Source: Azolla caroliniana (taxonomy: Eukaryota; Plantae; Polypodiophyta). From it: a DNA stretch of 64,000 nucleotides. The notes under the pieces were generated by a model that ran no database searches, was not told the DNA's origin, and worked only from the letters and a program-made list of their open reading frames with translations. The stretch lies in the NCBI GenBank assembly GCA_043228905.1, contig JBHGNT010000003.1, forward strand, positions 22,072,001 through 22,136,000, read 5' to 3'. Below are positions 42,565-55,700 of the stretch, in pieces. Position numbers and translations under genes: made by a program. Position 1 is the stretch's first letter. The number at the start of each line of letters is the position of its first letter.

Positions 42565-45500
42565 TCATTGTGGCCGAGGATACTGCATTGGTGCCATTTG
42601 AGACCAAGTAGGCTGCTGCCCCCTTTGCATAGGTGGCATTGGACCTTGTTGTCCAATTGACATTCTTAGTTGCATCGGACTACCCTGTTGTGGCATCCTT
42701 CCTTGCATTGGTTGCATCGGACCACCTGGTTGTGGCATCCTTCCTTGGATTGGTTGCATCAGGCCACCTGGTTGTGGCATCCTTCCTTGCATTGGTTGCA
42801 TTGGACCACCTGGTTGGGGCATCATCCTTCCTTGCATTGGTTGCATTGGACCACCTGGTTGGGGCATCATCCTTCCTTGCATTGGTTGTAATGAACCACC
42901 TGGTTGTGGCATCCTTCCTTGCATTGGACCACCTGGTTGGGGCATCATCCTTCCTTGCATTGGTTGTAATGAACCACCTGGTTGGGGCATGTTTCCTTGC
43001 ATTGGTTGCATCGGACCACCTGGTTGGGGCATCCTTCCTTGCATTGGTTGCATCGGGCCACCTGGTTGGGGCATCCTTCCTGGTGTTGGTTGCATTGGAC
43101 CACCTGGTTGTGGCATCATCCTCCCTTGCATTGGTTGTAATGGACCACCTGGTTGAGGCATGCTTCCTTGCGTTGGTTGCATTGGAACACCCGGTTGTGG
43201 CATCCTTCCTTGCATTGGTTGTAATGGACCACCTGGTTGAGGCATGCTTCCTTGCGGTGGTTGCATTGGAACATCCGGTTGTGGCATCCTTCCTTGCATG
43301 GGTTGCACTTGACCTTGTGTAGGTCGCATCGAACCACCCTGTTGTGGCATCATTGTTCCTGGTGATCTACCAGAAAAATTCATTCCCATGGCTGGAGTCG
43401 TAGAGCCAGGTCCTGGGAAGCCCTGCATGGATTGTGGCGAAGGTGGTTGTGGCATAGAACTCATCTGTTGTTGGAAACCTCTTGGCATGAATCCTTGAGA
43501 ATAGGGTCCTCCGGGTTGTTGATTGGGTGGTTGTGTGTTACTTTGGGCTGATCCTGGAAACCTTGTTGGTGCCATCTCTCTCGATTGTGGAAGTGAATTC
43601 GCTCCTCTTGCTCCAGAATATTCTCCTGGAGATTGTCCATAGATAGGGCTTCCATATTGCATCTGACCAGATGATTCTTGAAGAGACATGCCTCTTCCTC
43701 GGGGTCTAGGTTGATTTTGCATGCTTGAAGTTTCACCTTGGTAGTTTTTTTGACCCCATTCTGATGTATTTCCTTCAAATGCATTATCTCCTGAAGGGCC
43801 CTCAACAGCAGAATCTTTGCCAGATGGCCGTTTTTTCATCATATCAGTGAGCATACTAGAATTTGCAACCATTTCTATAACAGACATGGCTGGACCTATG
43901 CAGTCCTTAACCTTGCCACTAATCTCTTTAACTTTCATTGCTGTGGTTTTCAAGGTTTTAAATTGCTCAGCTGTTTCCATGACTTCTGCTCGTATATTGT
44001 CATAGAGCTTTAAGGGCTGTATATTGTCATAGAACTTTAAAGCAGCTGGTTTTTTCCCCTCCACATCAGGTTCAAATTGTTGTTGAAGAGATTCACCTTC
44101 ATCCTCAAATATTTTAGGGTCTAGATTGAATGAGTATCTTGGTGCTGTGGAACGAATCTACAATGGCCTATGGGGTTCAATATTTTGATGAGCTCACAGA
44201 TATAGAACAGAAAAACTCATTGTTACCTTGGCTTGGCGCTCCTGCACAACATACAAGAAATTCTCCACTTTGGCTTTCAGCTTGTCCCTCTCTTGTTTTA
44301 AAAGCTGAAAAATATGAATATCCACCACAATCATATAATCATTTAACAATGGCTCTGCAGCTTTTATAGTCTATTTATACAGGGGATAAGTAACCTTATA
44401 TTGGGGCTTGACAATTTAACCCTTAACTACAAAAAAGTGTCTTACTGTTACCACATTTATTATCTTAAATGTATGGTCATGGGTTGATTCATAAACAAAA
44501 TCAAAGCAAACAGCAAACACAAGCTATTTTATATGCTCTACAGTGTACACTTCTTATGAGGTTGATGCAAAATTATAACTAGTTTGGGAAGTTTTTACAT
44601 ATTCAATGTTCTGCCCTTGAAAATAACTTGCTTTCGCTTGTTGCAGTCCATACAACTGCTGGATTGCCTCTGTCTCTATCTTGATCCTTTCACGTGCACG
44701 TGTTGGTTCCCCACCACGAGCTTTCCCTATGCATTAGGAAGGAGCAACACAGAAGAATTCTTCTCGTTTAAAATTTCCATTGCATCTTAATTACGTCATT
44801 ATGCCTCCAAACTGTTAACCGAGACTATTTCAGCTAAACTATTTTCGCTAACCTGATAGATAATGGTCCAAGATATCCCAAACAACAATAGCACGCATCA
44901 AAGCTCCTTCTTGTTGGTTGGCTTGTGCTTCTAACCCTGCAACTTCTCCCTCTAGCTTTCCAATTCCATCTTGAACCTTTGTTAACTCTGCCTGATTACT
45001 GTGAAATGTCAGTCAAATTTATATGACAGGAACCCCAAAATGTATCATCAATTTATATCATAAATTCCCACTATTATAAAGAAGCTATTCAAAGGAAACA
45101 TTAAGTCGCATAAGTTTAGGAGTGTCACTTATTCTTTCATGTCTCATTGAGAAAATTCCGTTCCGGATTTGACTTCCCATAATGATATTGTTTAAAGTAA
45201 GCACAAGTAGTATACATGAATATAGATGAAACAGAGCTGTAAAACAGTATGCGAAGACATCTTAACCAATCATGAACCGAATTCTCAAGGAATATTTGGA
45301 AAAATAAACAATGTGTGGAAACAATTGAAAAATGTGTGTAAAATTGGTGATAAGAGGGATAAGCCTTATCATTGAAATGATACGTCAAAATCCTGTGTCT
45401 CATGAACCCATGCCCACAAATTGATTCATGACAGAAAAACCTCTTGGAAATGAAGAATAAAGATTCCAAACATTTCAGAAAGGTACATAAAGCCAGGTTA

Positions 45501-48500
45501 TGTAAAGCATATCAGATTTAAGTTTATGTTTCCTAACATATATTTTGTAAATATCTTATAAATCTTTGAAGAGATCTTTCCCAAATTTACACAGCATGAC
45601 TAACATGAAAGTGATATCAATGACGTTACCATAAGTGCTTGCCCTTCGGGTTTAGTTGCTGCAAATTCTAATATTTCCTGATTGCCATATGAGTTAGCCA
45701 GCATTCTTCTAATGTCCGCACCCCTCCATCTAGCTTTACGCAATTGATCTATACAAATGATGCAATTTAGGTTATAAAGAATTTTGACATTTCTTTAATT
45801 CCTCTGAAATTTCTGAAGTATGCTTTCACCTAGCAGAGCTTCACGTGAATCAGCAGCAATTTCCAACCTTTGGACCCACTCATCCTGTAAAACTTTTTAG
45901 AATATTGGAACTGATTAGTACAATTTTTACAAATCTAATATAGGGCATATTCTCAACTCTATTCCTATGAGCTAATATAAGAAAGAAAGAAAGAAGAACT
46001 ATATATTAACATCTTTTAAGACGAAACAAGAGATTACATCTAATTGACGTCTCGTCTTTGAGAAAGAAAACACATTAGCATCTCTAAAAGACCATAAGGT
46101 TCTATAGAACCTGACCAAGATTACAACTATGTTCACTCATTAATGTGATTACCAAAAGAAACATGTTTCTATTCCAGTTTCCTAAAAACTAGATATCTGG
46201 AAATGCAATCATTAGTAACCAGCAATCAGCTTTGGTGCTTGGTCAGCATAACTGAAATTGCGGAACTCTGATCCATCATCAGTCATCCAATATGGAAATG
46301 TCCACAATTTATGAACAACGAGATAATTTTTTTAAAACCAGCACTGTTTTTCAGTTACTGAACGTTATATTAAAAAACATCCAAGGACAAAGACCAAGCC
46401 TCACAAAACCTTACAACATGTCTTCTGCCTTCTGCTATTCAAAACAATCCAAATGCTCTTCTGATGATCATTGAGTGCATCTTAAAACTTACAAACTCAC
46501 ATATTTCCCTCCATTATCTGGTTAACGGCTGTTACTAGCTCATAGCCATATTTGTTATCTTTACAAGTCAATGACAGTTTTTTTAGCCACATCCTACTCA
46601 TGCTACAAGTATATCAAGGGCTACACAAATGGGCTCCAGACCAGGACATTGCAGCAGGATTACAACACATCACGCAATAGCAATTTGTTGTGCATGTAGA
46701 GTCCAGCCTCATGAACCACAATCTCACCGCCCTTGTTAGATAAAGATCATTTTCTCCTGCCGTTGCAGATACTTTCCTCGTTTCAGAGACCTCTCCATTC
46801 GGATTAACCTACGCTAGAGATTTTTCGAAGACAAAAATTATAATATATCTGAGTTGAGAATCTTAAATACATAGATGATGAGATTCTTAAGTCATGCCTT
46901 AATTCTATTTCTATTTACTTTTTTTACTTAGTTATATTGGTTTGTTGTTCTCAAAGATGAGACAACATTTTAAGATGTAATCTCTTGTTTGGTCTTATGG
47001 GCCCACTATAAGACACACTTCTTACATACATTGGAGGATGGATTTGTCATCAGGCCACCTTATATGGACATACATCTATCCTATGCGCTGCGTAGTGTGA
47101 TAGGGCAACTACGAACTTCATCACATCAGCTACACATTGAGGTAGGCAGATATACACGACTACCTCTAGAAGAGAGAATTTGCCAATTGTATCATCAAGG
47201 AATAGAATCTGAAGAACACTATGTTTGTCATTGTAGTGTCTTTTATGAAATCAGAGGGAGATACCATTGCCTCTTTAAACAAGGCTTTGGCCCACTATGC
47301 AAGGTAATGGAATATGAGGAACAACGATGCCTACGACTTTTCTTGCTAGAGCTCAAGAGACATCGGGAAAAGTTGTTGAAGAATACAGCCACACAAGCTC
47401 ATCCACAAAGAACAATCACAAATTTCTTTAGCCCCATCACTCCTAATACTACAAGTCAATCACGGGATACACAAATCGGCTCCAAACCAGGACATAACAA
47501 AGGGGTTACAAATTTACAATTGATCGGGCAATAGCAATTTGCCGTGCACGTAGGTCCCGGCCCCATGGACCACGACCTCGATGCCCTTGCCATTGACAGA
47601 TAAAAGCCATTATCTCCTGCCATCGTAGGTGCTTCCCTCGGTTCGGAGACATTTCCATTCTGGATCGACCTATGCTAGAGATCTTTCGAAGACAAAAGCT
47701 ACAATATACCTAACTTGAGGATCTCACATGTGCTAAAAACCAGATTCCCTCATTTCTTTTCTTTTCATGTTATTTACTTTTATATTTACGGTGTAATATT
47801 TATTTTATTTTGATTTGTTCTCAAAGACGAGACAACACTTAAGATGTAATCTCTTATTTGGTCTTGTAGGCCATTTTGGCCTCTTAAAAGACATTAATAT
47901 ACCTTTCTTTCTTTCTTTCTTTCTTTACTACTTCAATAATATGGAGAAAGTAACTGGAAACTGCTAGATAATACAAATGCAGGACCAAGAGTGGTATGCT
48001 AATGTGTATTCTGTTAATGTACCCATGCCAAGGTGTGCACTGTACGGATGGATGTAGTTATGCCAGTGTGTTTTGAGAGTGCAGAAAGAGGTGTATACCA
48101 TGAGTAAATACCTACAACATGCCACAAATACTAATATTTTACCTTATGAAATTGTTTGTTAAAAGTAGACATGGAAAAAACGAGGATACTTTACTAGAAG
48201 CAAAACAGAAGGAACTCTTTTGCAAATAGCAATGAAGCGTGAAGAAATCAATCAACAATACAGAAAAGAAACATGGGAAAATGCCGATAAGGAAGATAAG
48301 TTTTACCAATATTGAATGCTGCTGAAATAGTAATAAAACTTTGATATATTTTGGGTTTTCTCCATTTTGTGAGGAGCTCTTCCCATTATCTGAGTAAAAG
48401 ATGGCCTGATGTTCTCTGGTCCCTTACTTTTCTTCTATGTGCAAACTATTCCCAACTGTCGTGGACCCAGCTGGATGAAAGGATGTGGTTTTTTTATTGT

Positions 48501-50655
48501 AGGCTATTTCCCATGTGAACTTTGGCAGGTGGGAGCCAATTTTGAGGCATTGTCCTTGCTTGAGGAGATATTGTTCAGGTCTCACTTGAGGGCCAGCATT
48601 GAGGTTGGCCATTGACAATTTAGGCATTGACCAAACTGTGCCTCTGTCCGGTGGCTTGTCCATGTTAGTTCCATTCCCATGCGGAGCAACATACATTGTA
48701 GACAAAAATTAAATAAAAGATAAAAACTAATCCTAAAGAACTCTCAAAAGGCAAGGAAATGAGACTTCTCAAACATATAATGGCCAAGTACTCTTTAAGC
48801 CAAAAGAAGTCATCCAGCATAGTCAAAGAACACCCAGGTTTTGAATTCTGCAAATAGAGCTTCTTACCTTCTTCCCAAGCCGTAAGCAATATAATGGAAG
48901 TTTCATCCCTAGATAATGTGCATGTGTTATTCTTTAGTCAACAACAGATTCTTATACGTCTTGCAAAAAGATCATGATTGTAAAAAACCTACAAGTGCTT
49001 GATGAGAAGGTGCTGCTACAACATATGTATCTCGCTTTGAATAACCAACAAACTGCTTGCCCAAGTAGATATGGAATGTAAATTTCTTTGAAGTACGGGA
49101 TGTATCATCTTGCTTCATTTCGACTTTACTTGAATCAAGTGGAATGACACCAAGAGGAACCTTGTCTTGCACCTGCTCATTTAAAAGGCATTGATATGTA
49201 AGATTAGCATTTTAAATATTTGGAAGCTTCTAGAATGAAGAGGTAAATGCCTATGGTTCACAAACACAAACACAATCAGACCACAACGTGATATAAGATT
49301 TTTCAGGGCGATATAATGTATACCTAAAAACATAAGTTCTACAAAAATTAGATCATTAACCCTTATCTCTTTTATCAATATCAATTAGTTATGGATAGCG
49401 ACATTTGGGTCTCCCTTACATATCTACATGAGCATCCCATTCATCATTTTGGTTGGGACAGTTAAATTATCAGCTACTCCGACATGTGTTCTGGACCTTA
49501 ATTTTAACCCTTTTTAGCAACATGTTTTCTCATACACCATGTGCATATTTACTCTTTTTGAATTTCAATGGAGGCGAAAATGACTAGCTTCCTAGTTTTT
49601 TGCATATGTACTTGTACTCTTCTATGGATTGCAAAAAATTAAAACTATCTTCGTAATCCACATGCATATTCCTTCTTTGAATAAAAAGTGAGAGCAAATG
49701 ATCTGCCTGCTAGTTTATATGCAAAAATACACTTTTTTGAGAATCGCAAAGCAAATGACTAGCTTCTTACCTAATGATCATATTCAATCTTTAAACTGGA
49801 AAGGAACATAAAATGAATAAATCCTAGGTCAATGTGCATGTTCACTCTGAGCATAGTTCATGCTCCTTATGTACATGCATTTTCCAGTCAGTTCCTATGA
49901 CCTGATGTTTAAAAATGGATCAAATGGTTATGTTGTATATGATATTTTCTAACTTCGACAACATAGGATGGCTATCTCTTTTCTTTTCTTCTGATATTTC
50001 TAAATATATCAAAATTTGAGAAATGGATTACAAACTAAAATATTACCTTCAAATCATCGCCAAAATAGAAAAGATATGACTGTTGGAGAACAAAGAATCG
50101 TTTCTTCCACGATGTGAACTTTCCCCCGCGCTTCTCAAGCCATCCGACAAGATCAGGTTCACTCCACATGCAAGCCTACAATAGAATGGTATAATGATAT
50201 TTATCACAGGGAAGATGTTCGACTGAAAGGCAAAAGGCCGGCAATTTCTAATAATTATTATTTATGGAAGTTATATAATCTATACAAAAATAACGGAACG
50301 GAGTAGCATAGTTGTTTACATACATATACATATACATATATACATATATACATATATACATATATACATATATACATATATACATATATACATATACATA
50401 AACATAATTATTCTTTTTCATTATTTCCCGTTGAGGATAATCAACAATAAAGAGTTGACAAATTTCAAGCAAATGCATGATCAGAATTCGTTGAATAGGA
50501 TATGTACTACGTAGATACGTATACATGCATACACGATCTTAAAAGGCTTCAATGGGGAAATACAACAAATTATTTTCGTGGATTTCGTCATTTCAAACCT
50601 GGTTTTGCACAGTAGGTATTAAGGCATTCATAATTCCCTTCATGGCAGCCATCAT
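42565..50655 (-). CDS. PH-domain + helical/coiled-coil + Q/P/G/M-rich repeat protein; exons 50655-50599, 50175-50047, 49172-48993, 45884-45830, 45748-45630, 44991-44853, 44726-44599, 44304-44227, 44157-42565 (~825 aa)
   Basis: All eight introns are GT-AG and the phases join into one ORF. PH signature GWLEKRGGKFTSWKKRFFVLQQSYLFYF...PLGVIPL...FTFHI...DEWVQRL; heptad-like AELTKVQDGIGKLEGEVAGLEAQ and LLKQERDKLKAKVE; repeat-rich last exon. Confidence 0.85.
42665..43352 (-). repeat. coding minisatellite, ~16 units of mostly 42-45 bp encoding MPQPGGPMQPMQGR(M)
   Basis: Directly visible in the DNA and in the translation. Confidence 0.97.
45979..46128 (-). mobile_element. one or two very short inverted 3'-end fragments of the same LINE family
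   Basis: The reverse complement ttctcaaagacgagac..agatgtaatctcttgttt.gtcttaaaagatgttaatata..(ttct)n matches the 3' ends at ~47817-47926 and ~55782-55890. A second, looser 3'-end copy adjoins it at ~46061-46128. Confidence 0.65.
46572..46996 (+). mobile_element. older, more diverged 5'-truncated LINE copy (3' portion only)
   Basis: Aligns with 55390-55830 (tgctacaagt...acacaaatgggctccagaccaggacat...ttctcaaagatgagacaaca...taagatgtaatctctt). Confidence 0.8.
46997..47926 (+). mobile_element. 5'-truncated non-LTR retrotransposon (RTE-X/RTE-like LINE) 3' end, in an intron of the PH gene
   Basis: Encodes the ORF2 C-terminal motif R.SSH.L.IE.GRY...EER.C..(C>Y)....ESEEH....C..F.EIR. 3' stem-loop AGGCCA-TTT-TGGCCT and (CTTT)n tail; highly similar to 54968-55890. 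Clade assignment is by motif recall only. Confidence 0.85.
50318..50400. repeat. compound (TACATA/TACATATA)n microsatellite
   Basis: Directly visible, in intron 1 of the PH gene. Confidence 0.9.
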
Positions 50656-52747
50656 TTCCTTCTGCAATGACAGTTGGAGGAGAAAGAATGAACAAAAGAA
50701 GAAAGAAAGAGTTACGAAGATCGTTTAATTTTCATGGCGTGCTTTGTTCTGTCTGTTATTTATTATTTAGATATAATGCCCTTCAGAATTTTGCATAATT
50801 AGGACGGTACCCCTTTACTCTCATTCCTCTTTTACCCAAAAATACACTTTCAATCGTTCACTACTGCGTTGTGTAGTCTCAAACTCTAATTTGAGACGTC
50901 ATCGTAAACCCGTTGGGTTTTTTGGTTCATAATGAAATGACCATGAATCTTGTAACTATTGCATCAAGTATCTTGCTCTTGTGGAGTAAGTTTGCGAGGA
51001 TTGAGAACTCAAAAGGATTTTCAATGGAGTGTTTATAGAGGTGCCTGATTGAAGACAATTAGTGTTGAGGAACCAATCCTCTTGGATCAATTCTTTATTC
51101 TCTTGAATGAATCCTTCTATGAACCCTTATTATCAAATATATACACACGTAAGGTTTTAATTATTTATCATGATACCCTATCTTATTTGACATTTTATCA
51201 TTATATCACCTTGCAATATGTAGCCTTACATCACTCTCTCTAAAATTAGCCCATTGATTTTGTTAAAAACATTAATTTGATATTTTAAGATAATTTATTA
51301 TGATGCATTCTCATTTGACTAGCACAAGTCATCAATATTTTGGACATTAAGAGGAATGGAATATGCTATCCACATTATCTTGTTTTAAACTTCCCAAAAA
51401 TCCCTTGGTTTGCATTATGCTTAATTAGTCATAAAAAGTTGGTTCTATTCATGAATCACTTCACAAGGTAGGTTTCTGCAACTAACATATTTAATCATTA
51501 GTTAGCCCAATGTTCTAGAAAATGTGTATAGAAATATATTTGAAAACATTATAACAACATTACGAGAGGAAAACATTTACTTTGGCTTTATAACTAATGG
51601 ACGGATAATTTGTTTTGAAAAAAAAAAACATTTTACTTTGGCTTCTTGAAGGTGTGTCCAAAACTTATTAATTAAATTTTTTTTGATGATATATATATAT
51701 AATCAACAAAGAGTATTGCAATGCAACTTTCACAATAAAACATTTGACAATATATAATAGGCTCTCGGCTGAGATATAAAACAATGTAATTGTGAGAAGT
51801 CCAAAATGTCAATGGAGCATTTTTCATTCTAAAGAAAATATTGAGAGTTGTAAAAAAGAAAAGCACCTTCAAACAATTCTCTTTGCTTATAACTAGAGCT
51901 TGTTGCCTAATTTAGGTATATTTTTTACTATTTTCTTGCTTGAGTTTGGTTACTCTAAAAAACCTGGTTAACTAATATATTAAGGAATTGCAACAAAAAT
52001 AAGTTGAGATTGATAAGTTACTGATTTGTAAGAGAGTTTGATGCATCACTCAATTTAAAAAATATAACACGAATTATAGAGAGAATCAACCAATTGTTAT
52101 GTAACTTCTAGAACAATGTCCCATAGTTTTACTTGAGATAAGAGGTCATTTTATGCTAAGGCAATGCCCATTTGATACTCACCCAATTAATTTATATGAT
52201 CAACACATGTGGCACATGGAAACATTCTCTAGATATGACCTCTTGTGGCTTTAAGCTTGTTCATCATCAAGAAGGTAAATGAAAAGTTGTCACCTAATTT
52301 ATCCCCATCACTATTGCACATTCAACATGTTTAATGGTTTTATTATGCAAGTACCATGCGAATTGACTATATTAGAGTTACCCCCACACAATATTTCATT
52401 TAACAAACACAAAGACAAATATGAGAAAGCCAAACATGTAGACATTACTTTTAGCATTTCATTGAACACCATTCAATTAGACATTTACATATACAAGATT
52501 TTTTTTTAAAGATCAAGATCCTCTCGATTATCCATCACATGCTAGAATCGGTATCAAATTGCACAAATTAACATGGAGGCAAGAGAAATGCCTCACAGGC
52601 TACAGCTCAGCCATTGATAGTTTTATGTCACATATCTCAGCTTATGCGTAACCTGACACTAGGCACTACAGCCAATGCACCTTAGGGCTGTGGATCCACT
52701 AGTATTTGTGATCTTCATATGTAAAGCATTTAATATGTAGCCACATG

Positions 52748-55700
52748 TCAAGAGAAAGATCCTCCATCTGCTTGTAGTCCAATACTAGTCCCAGCTATAT
52801 ATCCTCCTGTCCACGCATTCTACAATATGGGTTGATCGAAAAGCATTAGCAATTCTATGTAAACATACATGAATTCCCAGAAGAAAATGCAAGTTTTGGT
52901 ATGCTTTACTTGAAAATTGAACCCTCCAGTGATGCCATCGATGTTTAAGACCTAGAAGCAATGAAAACCAATGTATTTTCAAACCAAAGCATTACAATAC
53001 CAAAAAACTTCATGTCAAATCATAAATTTTTAGCATAAGTTGTTTGTTTTGACCTCTCCAGCAAAATATAAATTTGGGCACATTCGACTCTCCATTGTTT
53101 TCAAGTCTACCTGTATATACAAGTAAAATAGACTAAAACTATGGGAAAGCATTTCCTTAGAAGTAAATAATTGGGAGATATCATGTTTATATGTCAAACC
53201 TCTAGAAGTGGAACTCCTCCAGCAGTAACAAACTCCTCCTTGAATTCTCCCTTCCAAAAGATGAAATGAACCATAGAATTGTGGATATTCCATATATAAC
53301 ACCAACAAATCATTTACAAAAGTTTCAGTGTATTCTTATACAAAGCATCACTACCTTGCCACATATGGAAAATTTGCATCGCTTTATTAATGTAGCTAGC
53401 TTCTCAATGGAAGCATTGTTAAGGGATGCCCATACATCATCTTGATTTATATCCTGAGATGACACAAAAAGACAAACAGAATGAGAAAATGCATCTTAAA
53501 AAGACGTTGACACATGACAAAATGATTTGAGGAGAGAACTTGCAATTCTGGTCAAAAGATATTCCCAAAATCTACGAACAATAGATAATCTAGATGGTGA
53601 AAAACTCCCCAACTTCCGCTTCTGGAAAAACAAAACATCTAGTGTTAACACATGGGATTCATGGCATATAAAATGATGTATTTAATACACTAGTTTTCTA
53701 ACACCAAACATTATTCTAAAGAGATTAAGGATATTGTCTCCTATTTAAATCTATGAATATCTATCTCAAAAAAGCAAAACGAACTTACTAGAGAATTTTT
53801 CTTTTGAATACTTAAGAGATTCACAACCTCATTTAGGGTTGAGTTCGGTTCGAAGTCCACATAAAGAGTTCCTATTTATATATATAGTATACATATCTGA
53901 TTAGATATTAGTATTGACATGTAGTGTTCAACACAATCTTGGCTAATTTATGAGATTTTCATATTAATACCATGATAATCAGTGGCAAAGAAATCCCTTG
54001 CTGCCCAAGCTGATAAACGTAGCACTACAGGTCCACTTAGACCCCAATGAGTTATTAGCATGGGTCCCATCTAACAAAGAGATTGAACTTAGTTATATTG
54101 GTAACTCAAAATCACACGTTTCTAAGTTTAAATCCATCCTTTTAACCAACAGAGCTTTAGAAATCATACCTGAGAGAACTTTGGATTCTTTTGCTTTTGC
54201 CCTTCGAATTGCAACTCTACTCGTACAACTGGAAAACTCACCTTGAAATTACCAAAACAGACACTTAAAAACAAGCAAGACATGGCATGCATACAATGTA
54301 AGATTAGTCTGTTGGCAAAAGGAAAGATATACAGCAGTTCCTCAAAATGACATACTGAGGTAAATTTGTCACCTATGAATACTTTCTTTCGATTCCGAAT
54401 CTTCGATGTTAAAAATAAAAGTTCAACAGAATACACGTTTACAAGCATAAAGTTTAAACGTTTTATGCAATTTATAATCGATAATGTAGATAAAATGTAA
54501 CCACCAGGAGGTTATGCAACAAAGAAAGTTAAAAAGGTACGAAAACAACTCTAAAAGATGGGTATGTCCTATCAATCCCTCATAGGTGTTAATTGAGCAA
54601 TGATTGTCGAAGATTAGAGCTGAATATTGTGCACATGCATTAAGGCCTTAAAATTTTGAGAGCAGAAAATAAATACTTTAAGAAGATAGTAGGTATACTA
54701 CTCATTTCATTCCTTTAAGCTTTCTCGTAGATGACACCAGCATTTTTGTTTAGAATCAACTTGTACCTCTTCTTAAAGAGGCTATTTTTGTCTCTGGGAA
54801 CATTAATGCACTTTGCTCCTTTCTTCTTCTTCTTCTTCTCCTTAGCTTGGACTGTCCCCATCTAAATATGACCAAAGTGGAAAAGAACAGAGTGATCCGA
54901 ACTGATATTATTAACTTGGAAAACAAGATAACATGGATCAGCCCCAAAATACCACTTGGTACAGAGATGGCCCACTATAAGACACACTTCTTACATACAT
55001 CGAAGGATGGATTCATCATCAGGCCACCTTATATGGACATACATCTATCGTATGCGCTGTGTAGTGTGATAGGGCAGCTGTGAACTTCATCACATCAGCT
55101 ACAGATTGAAGTAGGCAGATATACACAACTACCTCTAGAAGAGAGAATTTGCCAATTGTATCATCAAGGAGTGGAATCTGAGGAAAACTATGTTTGTCAT
55201 TGTAGTGTCTTTTATGAAATCAGAGGGAGATACCATTGCCTCTTTAAACAAGTCTTTGGCCCACTACGCAAGGTAATGGAATATGAGGACCAACGATACC
55301 TACGACTTTTCTTGCTAGAGCTCAAGAGACATCGGGAAAAGTTGTTGAAGAATACAGCCACACAAGCTCATCCACAAAGAACAATCACAACTTTCTTTAG
55401 CCCCATCACTCCTACTAATGCTACAAGTCCATCACGGGATACACAAATGGGCTCCAGACCAGGACATAACAAAGGGGTTACAATTGATCGGGCAATAGCA
55501 ATTTGCCGGGCACGTAGGCCCCGGCCCCATGGACCACGACCTCGACACCCTTGTCATCGATAGATAAAAGCCATTATCTCCCGCCATCGTAGGTGCTTCC
55601 CTCGCTTTGGAGACATTTCCATTCTGGATCGACCTATGATAGAGATCTTTCGGAGACAAAAACTACAATATACCTAACTTGAGAATCTCGCATGTGCCAA

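Noticed and set aside
42633-43322. 229-aa hydrophobic repeat ORF on the + strand (DHLVVASFLALVA...) and other overlapping repeat ORFs
   Set aside because: Antisense/alternate-frame shadow of the coding minisatellite, with non-ATG or incidental starts and no independent gene signals.
46468-46481. TCATTGAGTGCATC, matching the 5' part of miR397
   Set aside because: The 3' third does not match and there is no complementary star arm.
48300-48705. 93-aa intronic ORF / possible old LINE relic
   Set aside because: Not needed for the PH gene's reading frame and has no recognisable domain; Trp-rich fragments in another frame are broken by stops.
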